Part shown: positions 1-17,855 of the stretch, one piece after another
How the letters are laid out: every line of letters begins with the position of its first letter
Numbering within the stretch: position 1 is the stretch's first letter
NCBI RefSeq assembly: GCF_009914755.1
Contig: NC_060942.1
Reading direction: 5' to 3' (one strand)
Length of the DNA stretch: 64,000 nt
Source of the DNA: the human T2T-CHM13v2.0 reference genome, Homo sapiens
The notes under the pieces: model-generated
What the model was told of the DNA's origin: nothing
The model's input: only the letters and a program-made list of their open reading frames with translations
Databases searched by the model: none
Position numbers and translations under genes: made by a program

Positions 1-807
1 GCTGGCACTACAGGCGCCCGCCACACACCCGGCTAATTTTTTGTATTTTTAGTAGAGACAGGGTTTCACCGTGTTAGCCAGGATGGTCTTGATTTCCTGA
101 CCTCGTGATCCTCCTGCCTTGGCCTTCCAAAGTGCTGGGATTACAGGCATGAGCCCCCACGCCCAGCTAATTTTTGTATTTTTGTAGAGACAGGGTTTCA
201 TCATGTTGGCCAGGCTGGTCTTGAACTCCTGACCTCAGGTGATCCACCCGCCTTTGCCTCCCAAAGTGCTGGGATTACAAGCGTGAGCCAGTGTGCCCGG
301 CCTTTACAAACAATTTTAACAAGTGCAGCTTTTTGGCCTCTTTTTTTTCTTTTTTCTGGAGATGGAGTTTTGCTCTTGTCACCTGGGCTGGAGTGCAGTG
401 GCGTGATCTCGGCTCATTGCAACCTCTGCCTCCCAGGTTCTCCTGCCTCAAACTCCTGAGTAGCTGGGATTACAGGTGTACACCACCACTCTTGGCTTAT
501 TTTTGTATTTTTAGTAGAGACGGGGTTTCACCACATTGGCCAAGCTGGTCTTGAACTCCTAATCTCAGGTGATTCGCCCACCTTGGCCTCCCAAAGAGCT
601 AGGATTACAGGTGTGAGCCACCACACCAGACCAGGAGTTTTTAAAAAGCCAAAAAAGAGCTGTTTGAAACAAGACTATATTTTGCAAAGTCCAAGCTTTC
701 TAAAGCTTATTCCTTTTGTTCATAGAATTCATTTTCATAGATGGTTTATTCTTACTTTACAAACAATTTTAACAAGTGCAGCTTTCTGGCTTCTAAAGCT
801 CATGGCA

Positions 808-956
808 GGCCAGACACAGTGGCTCACACCTGTAATCCCAGCGCTTTAGGAGGCTGAGGCAGGAGGATGAGAGAATCACTTGAGCCCAGGAGTTCAAAGG
901 TCAAGACCAGCCTGGGCAACATAGCGAGACCCTGTCTCCAAAAAAAAAAAAAAAAA
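808..956 (+). mobile_element. Alu left monomer (FLAM-like) with TSD
   Basis: Single Alu arm with a poly(A) tail; AAAGCTCATGGCAG on both sides. Confidence 0.85.
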
Positions 957-1234
957 GCTCATGGCAGATGAAAGTAGCTCATGAGCTCATTAGGGCAGGG
1001 GAGAGAGGCCAACACATTGACAACAGCAGTTCTGTATTAACTGTCAGCAAGAATGGAATCTAAAAATATAAAGAGCAGACACAAAATATCCAAAAAGTGT
1101 CTGGGGTCATTCAAGGGCAAGTAGGTTTTATATACATTGATAGACTCTGAGAGGACAGTCCTAAAGCTAAGCCGCTGTGTCCATTTAGAACAGATTTGGT
1201 GTCCTGTATGTAATAAAACAGGAGCATTATATCT

Positions 1235-3158
<1,924 letters not shown>

Positions 3159-3288
3159 ATATATAATATAGGTTAGAAATATTTTAATCAAAAATGATCA
3201 AAATTTAGGCCAGATAGGGTGGCTCATGCCAGTAATCCCAGCACTTTGGGAGGCTGAGGCAAGTGGATCACTTGAGGTCAGGAGTTCA

Positions 3289-3465
<177 letters not shown>

Positions 3466-4002
3466 CTACAAAGGGAGACTCCATCTCAAAAAAGCAAAAC
3501 AAAACAAAACAAAAAGATCAAAACTTAAAAAAAGAGTTTTGGCTCTGTTTTTTAGGTGACCCAGGTATCCATACTGACATATTTTCTGAGGCTTCCAGGT
3601 GTTTGAGGCTTATTTTATTTCACTTAAGGGAACAAAACAGAGTGGTTCTTTGCTTAAGAAAATGAAGAGAACAGACATAAGTGTCTGTTCTTCTTCCTTG
3701 ATTTCACAAATCCTCCAAATGGTGTCAAAATGGCATACTTTCCAATTAGCTATTTCATTACTACTGTCGATTTTTTTTTTTCTGCAAAACTAGGTAATGA
3801 CAGACTGTGGTTCACTCTTTCTACCACCTCCCCACTTCTACCAGAGCCCCTGGGATCTCCAGCATCAAGAAGCTGCAGGTGTGTTCTTTCAAGAATCCAA
3901 CTAACCAGGCTAACTGCACCCAAATTCGACACAGTCCCCAAGTGAGGACTTACTTTCTAACCTCTCTCTTACAGATTAGTAAAATTTATCTTTAGGTCTT
4001 AC

Positions 4003-4098
4003 CTTCAAAATACCAAGAGTGGGTGAGAATTTAAGCAACTCTTTTATGACATCATTATACCCTTTGTTGGCTGCTTTCAATAATGCTGTTGTGCCATC
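4003..4098 (-). CDS. ANKRD29: ANKRD29 coding exon 8 (DGTTALLKAANKGYNDVIKELLKFSPTLGILK)
   Basis: 96 nt, translated by hand; acceptor TTTCTGTTAAG, donor GTAAGA; no stop, so the gene continues left of the window. Confidence 0.92.
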
Positions 4099-5500
4099 CT
4101 TAACAGAAAGAGGAAAATAAAAGTTGATTATTAACATATATCTGTGTTGCTTGAAAGCAGTCAGTTGGGAACTGGAAAGTACCGTTGTCAGAAACTAATG
4201 ACGTGTAAATTAAGCACAGATCAGCAATGTCTCTTAATCTAGGAGCATTTTAGAGAATATTAAGCAGTAAATTCTGCATGAAAGAGTATCAGATAAACAG
4301 TGACTTAGATTATGTTAGAACTCTGCCATTTGGGAATTCATACTTCTACAGTTCCTGAGAACACTGGGCAGGGGACAAGGGGAATTTCAAGAGCATATTT
4401 TTAGGCCATGGTTGGACCAAAGAGGCATTCTCGGCTGTTCATAACTTAGCAGAAATGGTTAACTGTCTTTAATAATTTAGATCATTGTTGAGCTGTATTT
4501 ACTGTTTCTAAAAAAATTTATACAGCCTTGCCCTAGTCTGCTCTAGGCATCCGCCCGTGTGTGGGTAGTGGGGCTTAGGGGCAGAGGTGATAGATTAAAA
4601 TCTGCTAAAAGGCCAGGTGCAGTGGCTCACGCCTGTAATTCTAGCACTTTGGAAGGCCAAGGCAGGAGGGTCACTTGAAACCCCGTCTCTACCAAAAATA
4701 CAATAGCCGGGTGTGGTAGCCCGTGCCTGTAGTCCCAGCTACTCGGGAGGCTGAGGCACGAGAATCACTTGAACCCAGAGGCGGAAGTTACAGTGAGCTG
4801 AGACCGTGCCACTGCACTCCAGCCTGGGTGACAGAGTGAGACTCTGTCTCAGAAAAAAATAAAATAAAATCTGCTAAAAAGAATGAAAAGCCAAATTCAA
4901 AAATTAATATTTAGCTTCTGTCGTTATTTTTTGGCTCAAGAACACAGTTTCCAAATTCCTTTTTCTCCCATTTTCACATATCAGTCGCTGTGTTTGGAGG
5001 ATTTAGTCCATAATTCTCCCGTAGCCAAGAAACCACTTCGGCCTGCCATTAGGGTTTATCTGTAATCAGAAAGAAGGAAGAATGAATTGGGGGGCGGGGG
5101 GTGGGGGTCTTTTCTGGCTTCAGAGATTGTGGGAAGAAGAAGAGTGAGAGAGAGGGCAGTGAAATGGTGGCGAACGCGTCTGGTGATTTCCCTTTTTTGG
5201 AGCTTAGACTTGGAGAGGGGAAGGTGGGTTACGTAAGCAAGGGTTATACAAAGGCCACAGTAAAACACAAAAAGCAAACAGCATAGGTGGTCAGGTTCTC
5301 TTCAAGCCTTCCTTATGGGGAAAAGGGCCTGCTGTGCAGCACACAAAGGCAGTATTAGGTGGCACCAGCAGAGGCCAGTGGATGACGGCGGGCCAACAGG
5401 GGACGGGGTGCAAGGGGTCTGCAGCTCCAGGGAGGAGGGGCAAGAGGCAGGGCCTGCAGGAGGCGCAGCACCAGCCAGGGGATCCCCCTAGGACACGCCC

Positions 5501-5560
5501 CAGGACAGCCGGGAGGCCCCCAGGACAGGCGGGAGGCCCCCAGGACAGGCGGGAGGCCCC
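5501..5560. repeat. 20-bp GC-rich tandem repeat (CAGGACAGGCGGGAGGCCCC) x3
   Basis: Read directly; one mismatch in the first copy. Confidence 0.9.
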
Positions 5561-5801
5561 GTCTCTACCGCCCTCAGGCCTAAGGCTAAGATTCCACCCT
5601 CTCTAGTGCGTCCCAAGGTCATCTCGGGTGGAGGAGGAGAGAGACCGAGCAGCACCGAATCAGACCTTGACTTTGTTTTCCTGCTCAAGGAAGGAGGTTG
5701 GGAGGAAACCCATGTGGGCTGCAGACTCAGTCAAGACCCGTTTTCTCCACACAGGCGCGCCGGGAGGCTTCGCTCTTTGGCCGCGCGACTCGGGCACTCA
5801 C

Positions 5802-5900
5802 GTTCCGCGCAGCGTCGCGGTCGGCTCCGCGCAGCAGCATCACCCGCACCACCTCGCTGTGGCCCATCTGGGACGCGATCCACAGGGGCGCTGTCCCGTC
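5802..5900 (-). CDS. ANKRD29: ANKRD29 coding exon 7 (DGTAPLWIASQMGHSEVVRVMLLRGADRDAARN)
   Basis: 99 nt, translated by hand; acceptor CTTCCCGCAG, donor GTGAGT; lies in a CpG-rich island. Confidence 0.93.
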
Positions 5901-8629
5901 CTGCGGGAAGAGGAGGCGGCGGCCGCCGTGACTGGGGCGCCCGGCCCCACCCGCTCACAGAACGTCTTTAACACCAGGGGTCTGAAAGCGAAAACTCCGG
6001 GAAGGCACTCCCTGACCGCAGATCACACTCTGCAGCTGATCCACACCGCCCAGGAGGCAGTGAGAAAAGAGGGGGTGTGTGTAGCCCACGGACGCAGACG
6101 GCACGTGGCTGAGCCTGGGCTACTTGAATAATTGCCAGTATTCAAATTTTGGCTTATAAAATCATCCATTTTGTGGCTGGATCTTTTACCAAAAAGGGTG
6201 GTACAGACTTCATGGAAAGATGCGTGGGAACCTTGCTTTGAAGGCTTGGGGGAGCAGCTGACCTGTATACATACACCACAGCAGAACCAAATTCCACAAA
6301 CCCAGAGAGAAGCCGGCCTATTCCCCCAAGACTGTCCATTTCTTTGCTTTCCCAGTGGGTCACACCTTAATGTTCACAAAATACACCCTTCATTCCCATA
6401 GAACGCAGGCAGTTTTCTTTGAGGTGGGGTCTGCGGGTCAGAGAACTCAAGTCATTTCTCCTACTCTTCTAGTCTGGTGTCCAGAACCCTCCAAAGCCAC
6501 CTCATTTCTTAGGGGGCTTAATTTTAGGTGGAATCTGTTGTTGTGTCTTCTAGGAAGTGATGCACATAAACTAGTTACGGCAGGACAGCATTTTGGGGAA
6601 TATTTCCTCTGCGTATATTTGGGAGTATTTCCCCAATATTGCTATCTCTGTGCACACTGGGCCATGAGGTGGAGATATATTGCTTCAGAGGAGAAAAAAG
6701 TAAAACATGCAAGGGATGGGGAAGGATTTGACAGTAGGGTGGTTCCCAGCAGATGGGATGGAAACTGGGAAAGCCTTCCAATGTGTGAAGGAGCTAGAGA
6801 GGGAGGGGGAAGGCGGAGGTCACGTGAGAGTGTCCACGTTTTCTTCCCCCTCTGCGTTGAATCTCGCGTGTGTTGTGGGGGAGAGGTAACCTAGGTTGTG
6901 GAAGAAACATCAGGTCAGTTATGGGGAATTCCAGATGGGAAAGGATTTTCTCTTCTTGTGAGAAACCAGGAAAGTTACAAGCCCTTTAGAGTTCTGCTCT
7001 CTGCTGGTGCCCGGGAGATAGGAGAGAAATGGCCGTGGGAGTTTCAGAGTCAGTGGTCCCCCAGTCCCCATGGCCCACATCCACCTAGCACCTAGGCATC
7101 CAGGAGTCCCGTCTGCCTATGGGAAATCAGAAGTGACAGAGAAACAGTCGGCTGGAGTGAGCCTGGTGTCGGGAAGGCAAGGCCACAGTGCCCTGACTTC
7201 CTGAGTAGATACAATGGCCAGGCCAGCAGAGAATGGCGAGACCAGCTGCAACCCTGGGGTGTAAGAGTGCAGGACGCTTGTGGACCAGCACAAGGGCCAC
7301 GCATGAGGCTCTCCACCCCCATCTCAATGCCAGGATGATAGTCTGACTCTTAGGTCCCTTCGGAGAGAAAGGCAGGAGGGAGCAGGATCCAGAATGGGCT
7401 AAAGGTAACCTCTGAGGTAATTATGGTAATATGCCCCAAGAGACTGTTTTAGCCAGATAAGACTGAATTACCCATCGGGGGAAGGGGGGCTGAAGAGCAA
7501 AATGATTCAGTTATAGAATATAAAGTTACATTTTCTGCTGCAGTGTGTAATTTCAACCTTAGCCTACTAGCAGAAGCAGGCACAAGATTGTTGCCCACTG
7601 CTGTCCCAGGAAAGGGAGAGAGGATGAAGACATCTGAGCTGGGTCGGGGAAGCTGGTGACTTGGGAGCCCAGGAGGATCTGGGGGTGCTGAAGAGCAGTC
7701 ACAGGATGTTGGGACCTGTCTTGGGAGAGACAGTGGAAGAGGTGCTGAAACAGGATAGAGGGAAGTGGAAGACACTTTAACTTACTTCATAATTTTTCCA
7801 GGGTCCTCTTGGTGGAAATATTCTTGAATCTAAATATTATCATGAGCAATTTGTACTTTAATTTGTACTTTAGTTTAAAAGCACTTCCATATTCTTTATT
7901 TGATTTTCCCAATTCAGGATTTAATTAATCAATAATTCAAGCAACCAATAATGATAATTATTATTTGAGACAGGACTCTGTTACCTAGACTGGAGTACAG
8001 TGGCATGATCAAGGCTCACTGTAGCCTCAACATCCTGGGCTCAAATGACCCTCCTATCTCAGCCTTCCTAGTAGCTGAGACTACAGGTGTGCACCACCAT
8101 GCCCAGCTAATTTTTTTTTCTTTTTTTCTTTTTGTAGAGATGGGGCCTTGCTTTGTTGCCTAAGTTGTTCTTGAACTCTTGGCCTCCAGCAATCCTCCCA
8201 CCTCAGCCTCCCAAAGTGCTGAGATTACAGGTGTGAGCCCAGCCTTCTAAGTCTCAAGCAGAGTGCTAAAAATAAGTCCTGGAGAAGAGACATGGAGGTT
8301 TCCATACGACTGCAGTGCCATCATAAAGTATGGACAAAAATGCACAAAATCAAACAGGTGGGAGGGCTGCTGCATGGGGAATGAGGGCTCAGTGTCCTGG
8401 ATAGAGTGCTATCTGATCCAGGTCTTGAAGAAGGACCAGGATTTTGCTAGGTGTGAGAAAGGGGAAGGGTCGTTTGAAGGAGAAGGAAAAGCAGCTACAG
8501 TCACAGTGGCTTGGACAGGCATGGCTCCTTCATGCAGGGTGGGAAATCTAGCTGCTGTAGCCAGAGGGGTGCGGGTGGGACCCTGGAAGGCAGGAGGGGA
8601 GTGTGGGTCCAAGCTGGTGCCAATACTAA

Positions 8630-9013
<384 letters not shown>

Positions 9014-9016
9014 TAA

Positions 9017-9253
<237 letters not shown>

Positions 9254-9876
9254 TAGGCAAATCATCTCAGCCTGAGTGAGTGTCCTCTTAGGAAAAATTA
9301 TTAGCTTCGCAGAGATAAGTGAGAAAACATATACAAAGGTGGTGAGCATGAGCACTGGCTCACAGATGCTTAGGAAATGTTAATTGCATCTGAGTAGTAT
9401 TTATCATGAGAAACAATACGCCCCTTAATTTGTACTTTTGTTCACAAAATACTTCCATATGCTTTTTAATTTGATTCTTCCATCGACCCTGTGAGATAAC
9501 TGACTGTGAGCAGGTAGGAATGAGTGGGAAAATGAGATTTGGGGGCCGCCTGTGTATTTCATTACTAGTCATTACATCTCCAAATCTGATTTTGGAGCCC
9601 AGGGAGTTGCATGTGAGTTAGAGCATTATTGTCAAATCAGATTACCTATCAGTTGATTATTTAGTTTATGAATTAGGAGAGGTTTTCCTCTTTTGTACAC
9701 CTTAATTTCTGTTTTCTCTTATTTTTTCCTTCTGGTATAATGGTTAGAGCCTTCATTTTCATCATGAAAATGATGGGGTGCAGTGGCTCACACCTGTAAT
9801 CCCAGCACTTTGGGGGGCCAAGGCGGGAGGATGGCTTGAGCCCAGGAGTTCAAGATCAGCCTCAGCAACACAGTGA

Positions 9877-10210
<334 letters not shown>

Positions 10211-10629
10211 GATTTTATATATTTTTTTAAATTAAACATATAAAAATAATTTTGAAAATGATGAAAAGTAAGTCAATTTAGCTCCTTTTTGTAGAGTTTT
10301 GGAATGTACCAAAATGTGAAAAAACATTTAAAAATATTCAAATAGGCTTTTGAATACTTCCATATACTTTGATATTTTTAATACTTTGATATTAAATCAA
10401 AGAAATCATTGTGAAGTTATAACCTCTACAGCACTTTTTTTAAAAAGGTAATGGCCAGGCATGGTGGTTCACACCTGTAATCCCAGCACTTTGGGAGGCC
10501 GAGGTGGGGCAAATCACTTGAGGCCTGGAGTTTGAGACTAGCCTGGCCAATATGGCAAAACTCTGTCTCAACTAAAAATACAAAAGTTAGCCGGGTGTGG
10601 TGGTGCATGCCTGTAGTCCCAGCAACTCA

Positions 10630-10776
<147 letters not shown>

Positions 10777-13700
10777 TTAGCCTGAAGAAGAATGAGATTC
10801 ATGGGGTTATGATAGTTGTCTTTTACTATGTGTGTGTATATCAAGTAGAAAAGGATTTAGACCAATTTTTCAGACCAAGTGATAGAAAGAAGACAGATGG
10901 GTGAAAGCTGCATGGAGACTTGGGGTCAATGTATAAAAGTTTAATGAGTGTTGGCTAAGACCAAAGAAACTGATCAGAGAGGAGTGAGTTCTCCATGCCT
11001 AGAGGTGTTCAACAGTAGCTGATTATCATAGAAAGGATTCGAGTACCGATGGATGGCTAAATAGAGTGAGTTTTATAGTTTCCTCCAACTCTGTTATTCC
11101 CTCATTTCATTCGAGATCACTTTTACAGCCAGATCACAGCATGAGATGGAGTATATGACACAACCTGTATTAGAGACTAACCTTGTATGGTCTTATGTAG
11201 GCTCCTGAGAGTATTTGGAAAAAAGAACTAAAACCATCCTCTTCTGTGGGAATGAGTATCTGAAGCGGCACTAGCTCTTTGCTTCTACGATTTCCAGCCG
11301 TCACACTTGGGTTACTTCTACCTACAGGGTTAGGCCAGTCAGAAAGTCTTGGGGACCAATTCTATTTGAAGTTGGGAGTCCAAGAGCTGTGAGGAATCCT
11401 GCCCGTGGCAGAGGGAGTTCAATATTGAGATAATTTTCTTACCCACCCTACCCTGCCCTGGAGCCTATTTCTTATGATTGTCCCTTGCACCGTGTGCCTG
11501 GCCCAGCAAATGGGTCTGTAAGAGATTTTACCAGATGCTGCATTGCCCATGGTCTGACTCTATCCTCCCCAGTCAAGGGTGATGGGACTGAGGATAGGCA
11601 GGCCAGCCAGTCACTGTGGCCTGGTGCACAAAGATGAGCTGTGACAATGACATGGCTATTCCCAGAGGTTGGCAGTCTGATCCATAAACCTGGGGACCAC
11701 ATACAAGATAAGTAAGCAGACAAAACTGGTAAAAAAAGAAAGGAGTGGGGAGAAACAGAGATATGAAGAGACTTTGAGATGACAGAGAACACACGACTCA
11801 CTAGAGAAAGTGCAGCCTTGATTTCTGATGGGTTTTCTGTTCCAATGAGGCCTGGTTGGAATAGAAATGATAATAACAGCAATACCTAACATTGCACTGG
11901 GTGTGTATCAGCTACTGCATTAAGAGTTTTGCAGGGATTATTTTATTTAATTATCACAGTAGTCCTAAAATACTGAGACTCAGGGACAGTAGGCAACCTG
12001 CTAAGGTCACACAGTTAATAAGCAAAATGGGGCCTCTGTTTCATTTTAAGATATCTATATCCCCATAATTTCCAAGCTGCTCTCCACCCAAAAAATCTGG
12101 GTCTGCTCCCTAGCTGCCTCTTACAGTCTTCCTGGGGCTTATGCTTATGAGTCTGGGCCCTATATCTGGAGCCTTCTTCTAACTCTCAGGCACTGATCAC
12201 TAAATGCTGCAGGCTTCCAGACCTGCTCTGCACCAGCCATGGGGACCTTCTGGCAGTCGATACACTTTTTCTGAGTGTGTACCATGTGCAAACGAAACAA
12301 GACAGAGTCCCTGCCCTTGCCAAGCAGCAAGGACTTCCTATGGCTGTCTGTTCCCATTTCCAAACCCCCAGGATTCTACGCTAATCTTTTGGCTCCTTCT
12401 CCCACTGCCATTGATGGATTCACCCCTCTAAGCTTCCGACCTGGGAGAACGTTTAATTTCTGGGTCCAGCTACTCTGTGTACAAGTCAAGGCTTCTGTTA
12501 GGAGATGGCACTTTATTAGATGACTTTTCCTCCAGCCTTCAAAGAAATACTGTTTAGCACATGAAAAAGACTAGATAGAGATGAGTTAACTGACTAACCT
12601 CAGCTCTGGGTTAACAGGATCAGACCTTTGCATTCTATTAAAGTATTGTTTTAATAAGGTGGGTGAGTGGAGTTGGGAAAATATATGTCGAGGCATTTGG
12701 TTAATAGAAAAATAGAAATAGCCACTCAGCTAGTGATTAAAAAGGTCTGACTCATAGCAACTCAACTTGGTGAGGACACGTGGAAAGAAATGAAAATGAA
12801 TTGTTAGAGTGAAATCTATATTTCAATGATCTCTGTGACTCTTGACCTTTTGGCTTAGGACAATATGGAAGGAAAATATTTTTTGAAGTTTCAAATCAAG
12901 AACATAGTCTTCCTACTGTCTGGCTATGACTAGATTTGGGATTATGATTCCTCATCCCAAAGTACTAAAAAGGTCTTCATTTAGTTCTCAGTGATAGAGT
13001 TACAAAGAAAAGTCATCCCACTACCGTTCAGATTCCCTGAAGCTCATATCAAATGTCAGCTGAGTAATTTCAATGTAACTTTGTCAACATCCTGTTACAG
13101 GATACCGTAATAAAATGGTAGGGCTTCATAGAATGTCAGTGCAACAATTACAAATCAGATTTAGCCAAAAGTATTAGGAAATTAAACCAGGCAGGTATTC
13201 CTGTCCTCATTTTGTAAATTCAAGGATTTTCCAATAATGACTCAATGTGTCAGCTGAGATTTCAGAATAAAACATTGGTTTCCAAATGCTCTACCTATAG
13301 AATATAGGTAGGCCATGTGCAGGCCATGTGCAGGCATGGCACTGTTTTCTTGGAACATAATAAATATGCAGAGTTTACACTTTCAGAGAAGACGGAACTT
13401 GAGCTAGTCTGACCTGGATAGATAACAACCTCTAATTATAAGCTCACAGTAGGTAATAAAAATTATTATGATTTGAGGGCACAATGGGGTGAGTGTACTC
13501 TGTAAAAAGGAAAAATTCCATTGCCTTTTTTCCCCAAAGCAATTCTTATTTTATAAGACACCCTTTTCCTGAATAACAATTCTTTTAGGGCTGAACTCAA
13601 AATAATTCAAAACAATTTCATTAGATGCAGTCTTTAGAAGTTGTAGCACTTGCTCCTTGACCAGAGGGTGGATCCCTGCACTCAAAGACTAGGTCATCCA

Positions 13701-14701
13701 CTTTGACCAGGTTATCCTAACTCTTGAGGAAGAAAAAACAGCTATGGCGTGTTGTGGCTACTGCTGCAATGTTGGTTTACTCTTTAACTTCTTGGCTTCA
13801 ACATCACGGCATGACTCATTTTAGGTTTAAGTGGGCATGGCTCATGCAACATTTGAAATATAATCTCTTATATCGACTTGGTTTTTTACAAGCAGTACTT
13901 TAGGCATATAAAGAATAAAATTCAAAGTGCCAGAAATTATTTTGGAAGGATGTACTAATAGAGAGACTTGATAATCTTGATAACCTCACATTCTAAATTC
14001 ACAGTGGTATCTTCAATAATGGCCCCCAAATCAAACTTAGGCAATCTAAAAATAACCAATTCCTTTTACTAATTTTAGTAAAATGAATCATCTGATTCAG
14101 AATCAATCAACAATAACAAAATAAGAAGGACCAATACGAAAATATTAAACTCCAGTCCTCGAAAGTCAACTCTAGCAGGACGAAAGTAAAAGTTTTTTTG
14201 AAACTGCTTCCTTTCCCAGGAGTATTCCTGGGGCCACCTAAGAATAACTTTACAATTCTAAAAATATAACCTTACATTGATACATTACATTGATTACAAT
14301 GTCTGGCACATGGTAAGTACTCAAGAAATATTGATTGAATGTTGAATAAAACAATTATTTAAAATGTGGGCATTTGAAGAGATCATCAGGCTCATGCTGC
14401 TCAGCCTCCTAATTTTCAATGATGAAAGTCAGGCCCAGAGAGGTTGATTCACTTGTTCAAAACCACACAGCTCAAATTATTGGCAGAGATGGATCGAGAA
14501 CTTGGGATTCCTGACCTCAAAACCACTTTGCTTTCCTGACTTCAAACCACTCTGCCCAAAGGCTCTTTATTTTTCTCAGGCTCCTTATGTGCTTGGGCTT
14601 CTAAAGACCAGAGAAACCTGTGTCCAAGAGCTCAGACCAACCTTAAAGTTCTCATAGCTATTCATTATGTGAACACCGAGAGGCATTCCTGTATCAGGTC
14701 A

Positions 14702-15623
<922 letters not shown>

Positions 15624-16112
15624 TAACAATTGTGAGAGATGAAGGTGCAGAACCTCCTAATGATTCCAACGGCATGGGCTCCTCTTTGGCTTGGTGGAAG
15701 AAGTGGTGGGCAGGTAGTAAGGCAGCATTATCAGCAGGGGCCAGGCTACTTGGCCCACATCTGTTTACCTATGTCCCAGGCCAGCCTGCACTCATTAGAT
15801 CAGTGCAGCCATAATTTGTTTGCACAGGAGGTGGCAGAGTGTGTACTTGTGTACTTGACCTCAGACATCAAATACTTAAGTTTTGAAAGTACTGAACTGT
15901 GATGTCAGCTTGGTTTCATAGGCTTTCAGGCCAGCTCAGAGCATAGAACAGGAGATACCCTAATCAAAGATTAACTTTTCATCACAGAAGCAGAAGGGTT
16001 TAAAGGATGCCTTGAGCTTACTGGTTATCTCAGGTATGTGCTGCCAGCGGACACCCAGCCCTCCCTGCCCCATGCGCCATGTGCTCGGGCAAATGTCAAC
16101 AGTGGACATTAC

Positions 16113-16211
16113 CTGCCTTGGCTGGTTGACTTTTGCTCCTGAAGCCAGCAGTAATCGAATAACATCCAAGTAACCACCTTGGGCAGCTAGGAAGAGGGCA
16201 GTGGCTCCATC
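16113..16211 (-). CDS. ANKRD29: ANKRD29 coding exon 6 (DGATALFLAAQGGYLDVIRLLLASGAKVNQPRQ)
   Basis: 99 nt; acceptor TTCTCTCTCAG, donor GTAATG; partly visible in ORF 15960..16169. Confidence 0.95.
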
Positions 16212-16275
16212 CTGAGAGAGAACAAATTAAAAGCATTAAAAACATTATCTTTCACACTTATTTTAAAAGAAATTA

Positions 16276-17054
<779 letters not shown>

Positions 17055-17377
17055 CTAAAAATTCTTTTTTTTTTTAATTAGCTGGGCGAGGTGGCATGTG
17101 CTTATAGTCCCAGCTACTTGGGGGCACTGAGGCAGGAGGATCACTTGAGCCTGGGAAGTTGAGGTTACAGTGAGCCATGTTTGGGCCATTGCACTCCAGG
17201 CTTAGGGAACAAAGTGAGACCCTGTCTCAAAAAAAAAAAAAAAAGAAAAAAAAGAAAAAAAAATTGAGAGTAAAAGGTGTCCTTTTAATTAGATCTTTCC
17301 TACCCTTTTCTCTTTCTTGTCCCCTTATCCTTGTTCCCCCAACATGAGGGTTCTGCAAGAATTAAGATACAATATGC

Positions 17378-17855
17378 AGCTGGGTACGATGGCATACACC
17401 TGTGGTCCCAACTACTCAAGAGGCTGAGGCAGGGGGATTGCTTGAGCCCAGGAGTTCAAGACCAGCCCTGGAAACATAGCAAGACCTTGTCTCTCTCTCT
17501 CTTCTTTTTTTTTTTTTTTGAGACAGGGTCTCCCTCTGTCACTCAGACCTTGAGTGTAGTGGTACGACCACAGCTCAATGCAGCGTCAACTTCCTCAGCT
17601 CAAGCGATCCTCCCACCTCAGCCTCCTGAGTTGTTGGGACTACAGGCGTGCATCACCACATCCAGTTAATTTTTTAAAAAAATTTATAGTAGAGACAGGG
17701 TCTTGCTATGTTGCCCAGGCTGGTCTCGAACTCTTGGGCTCAAGCGATCCTCCTGCCTCTGCCTCCCAAAGCACTAGGATTACAGGCATGAGCCACCATA
17801 TCCAGATGACCCTGTCTCTAAAACAAAACAAGACAAAACAAGACAAAACACAAAA
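17378..17855. mobile_element. Plus-strand Alu monomer interrupted by a minus-strand AluJ
   Basis: TSD-like GACCTTGTCTCT (17483-17494) and GACCCTGTCTCT (17808-17819) flank the inner Alu. Confidence 0.7.

Larger units (their letters stand above)
5380..6110. promoter_or_regulatory. Intragenic CpG island over ANKRD29 exon 7
   Basis: Dense CpGs in non-Alu sequence around exon 7, contrasting with the CpG-poor flanks. Confidence 0.7.

Noticed and set aside
5606-6131. Plus-strand ORFs of 121-167 aa
   Set aside because: Antisense shadow of exon 7 and its CpG island; non-ATG starts and no recognisable homology
13310-13340. CATG-containing tandem as a p53/p63 response element
   Set aside because: Each putative half-site has at least 2 mismatches to RRRCWWGYYY
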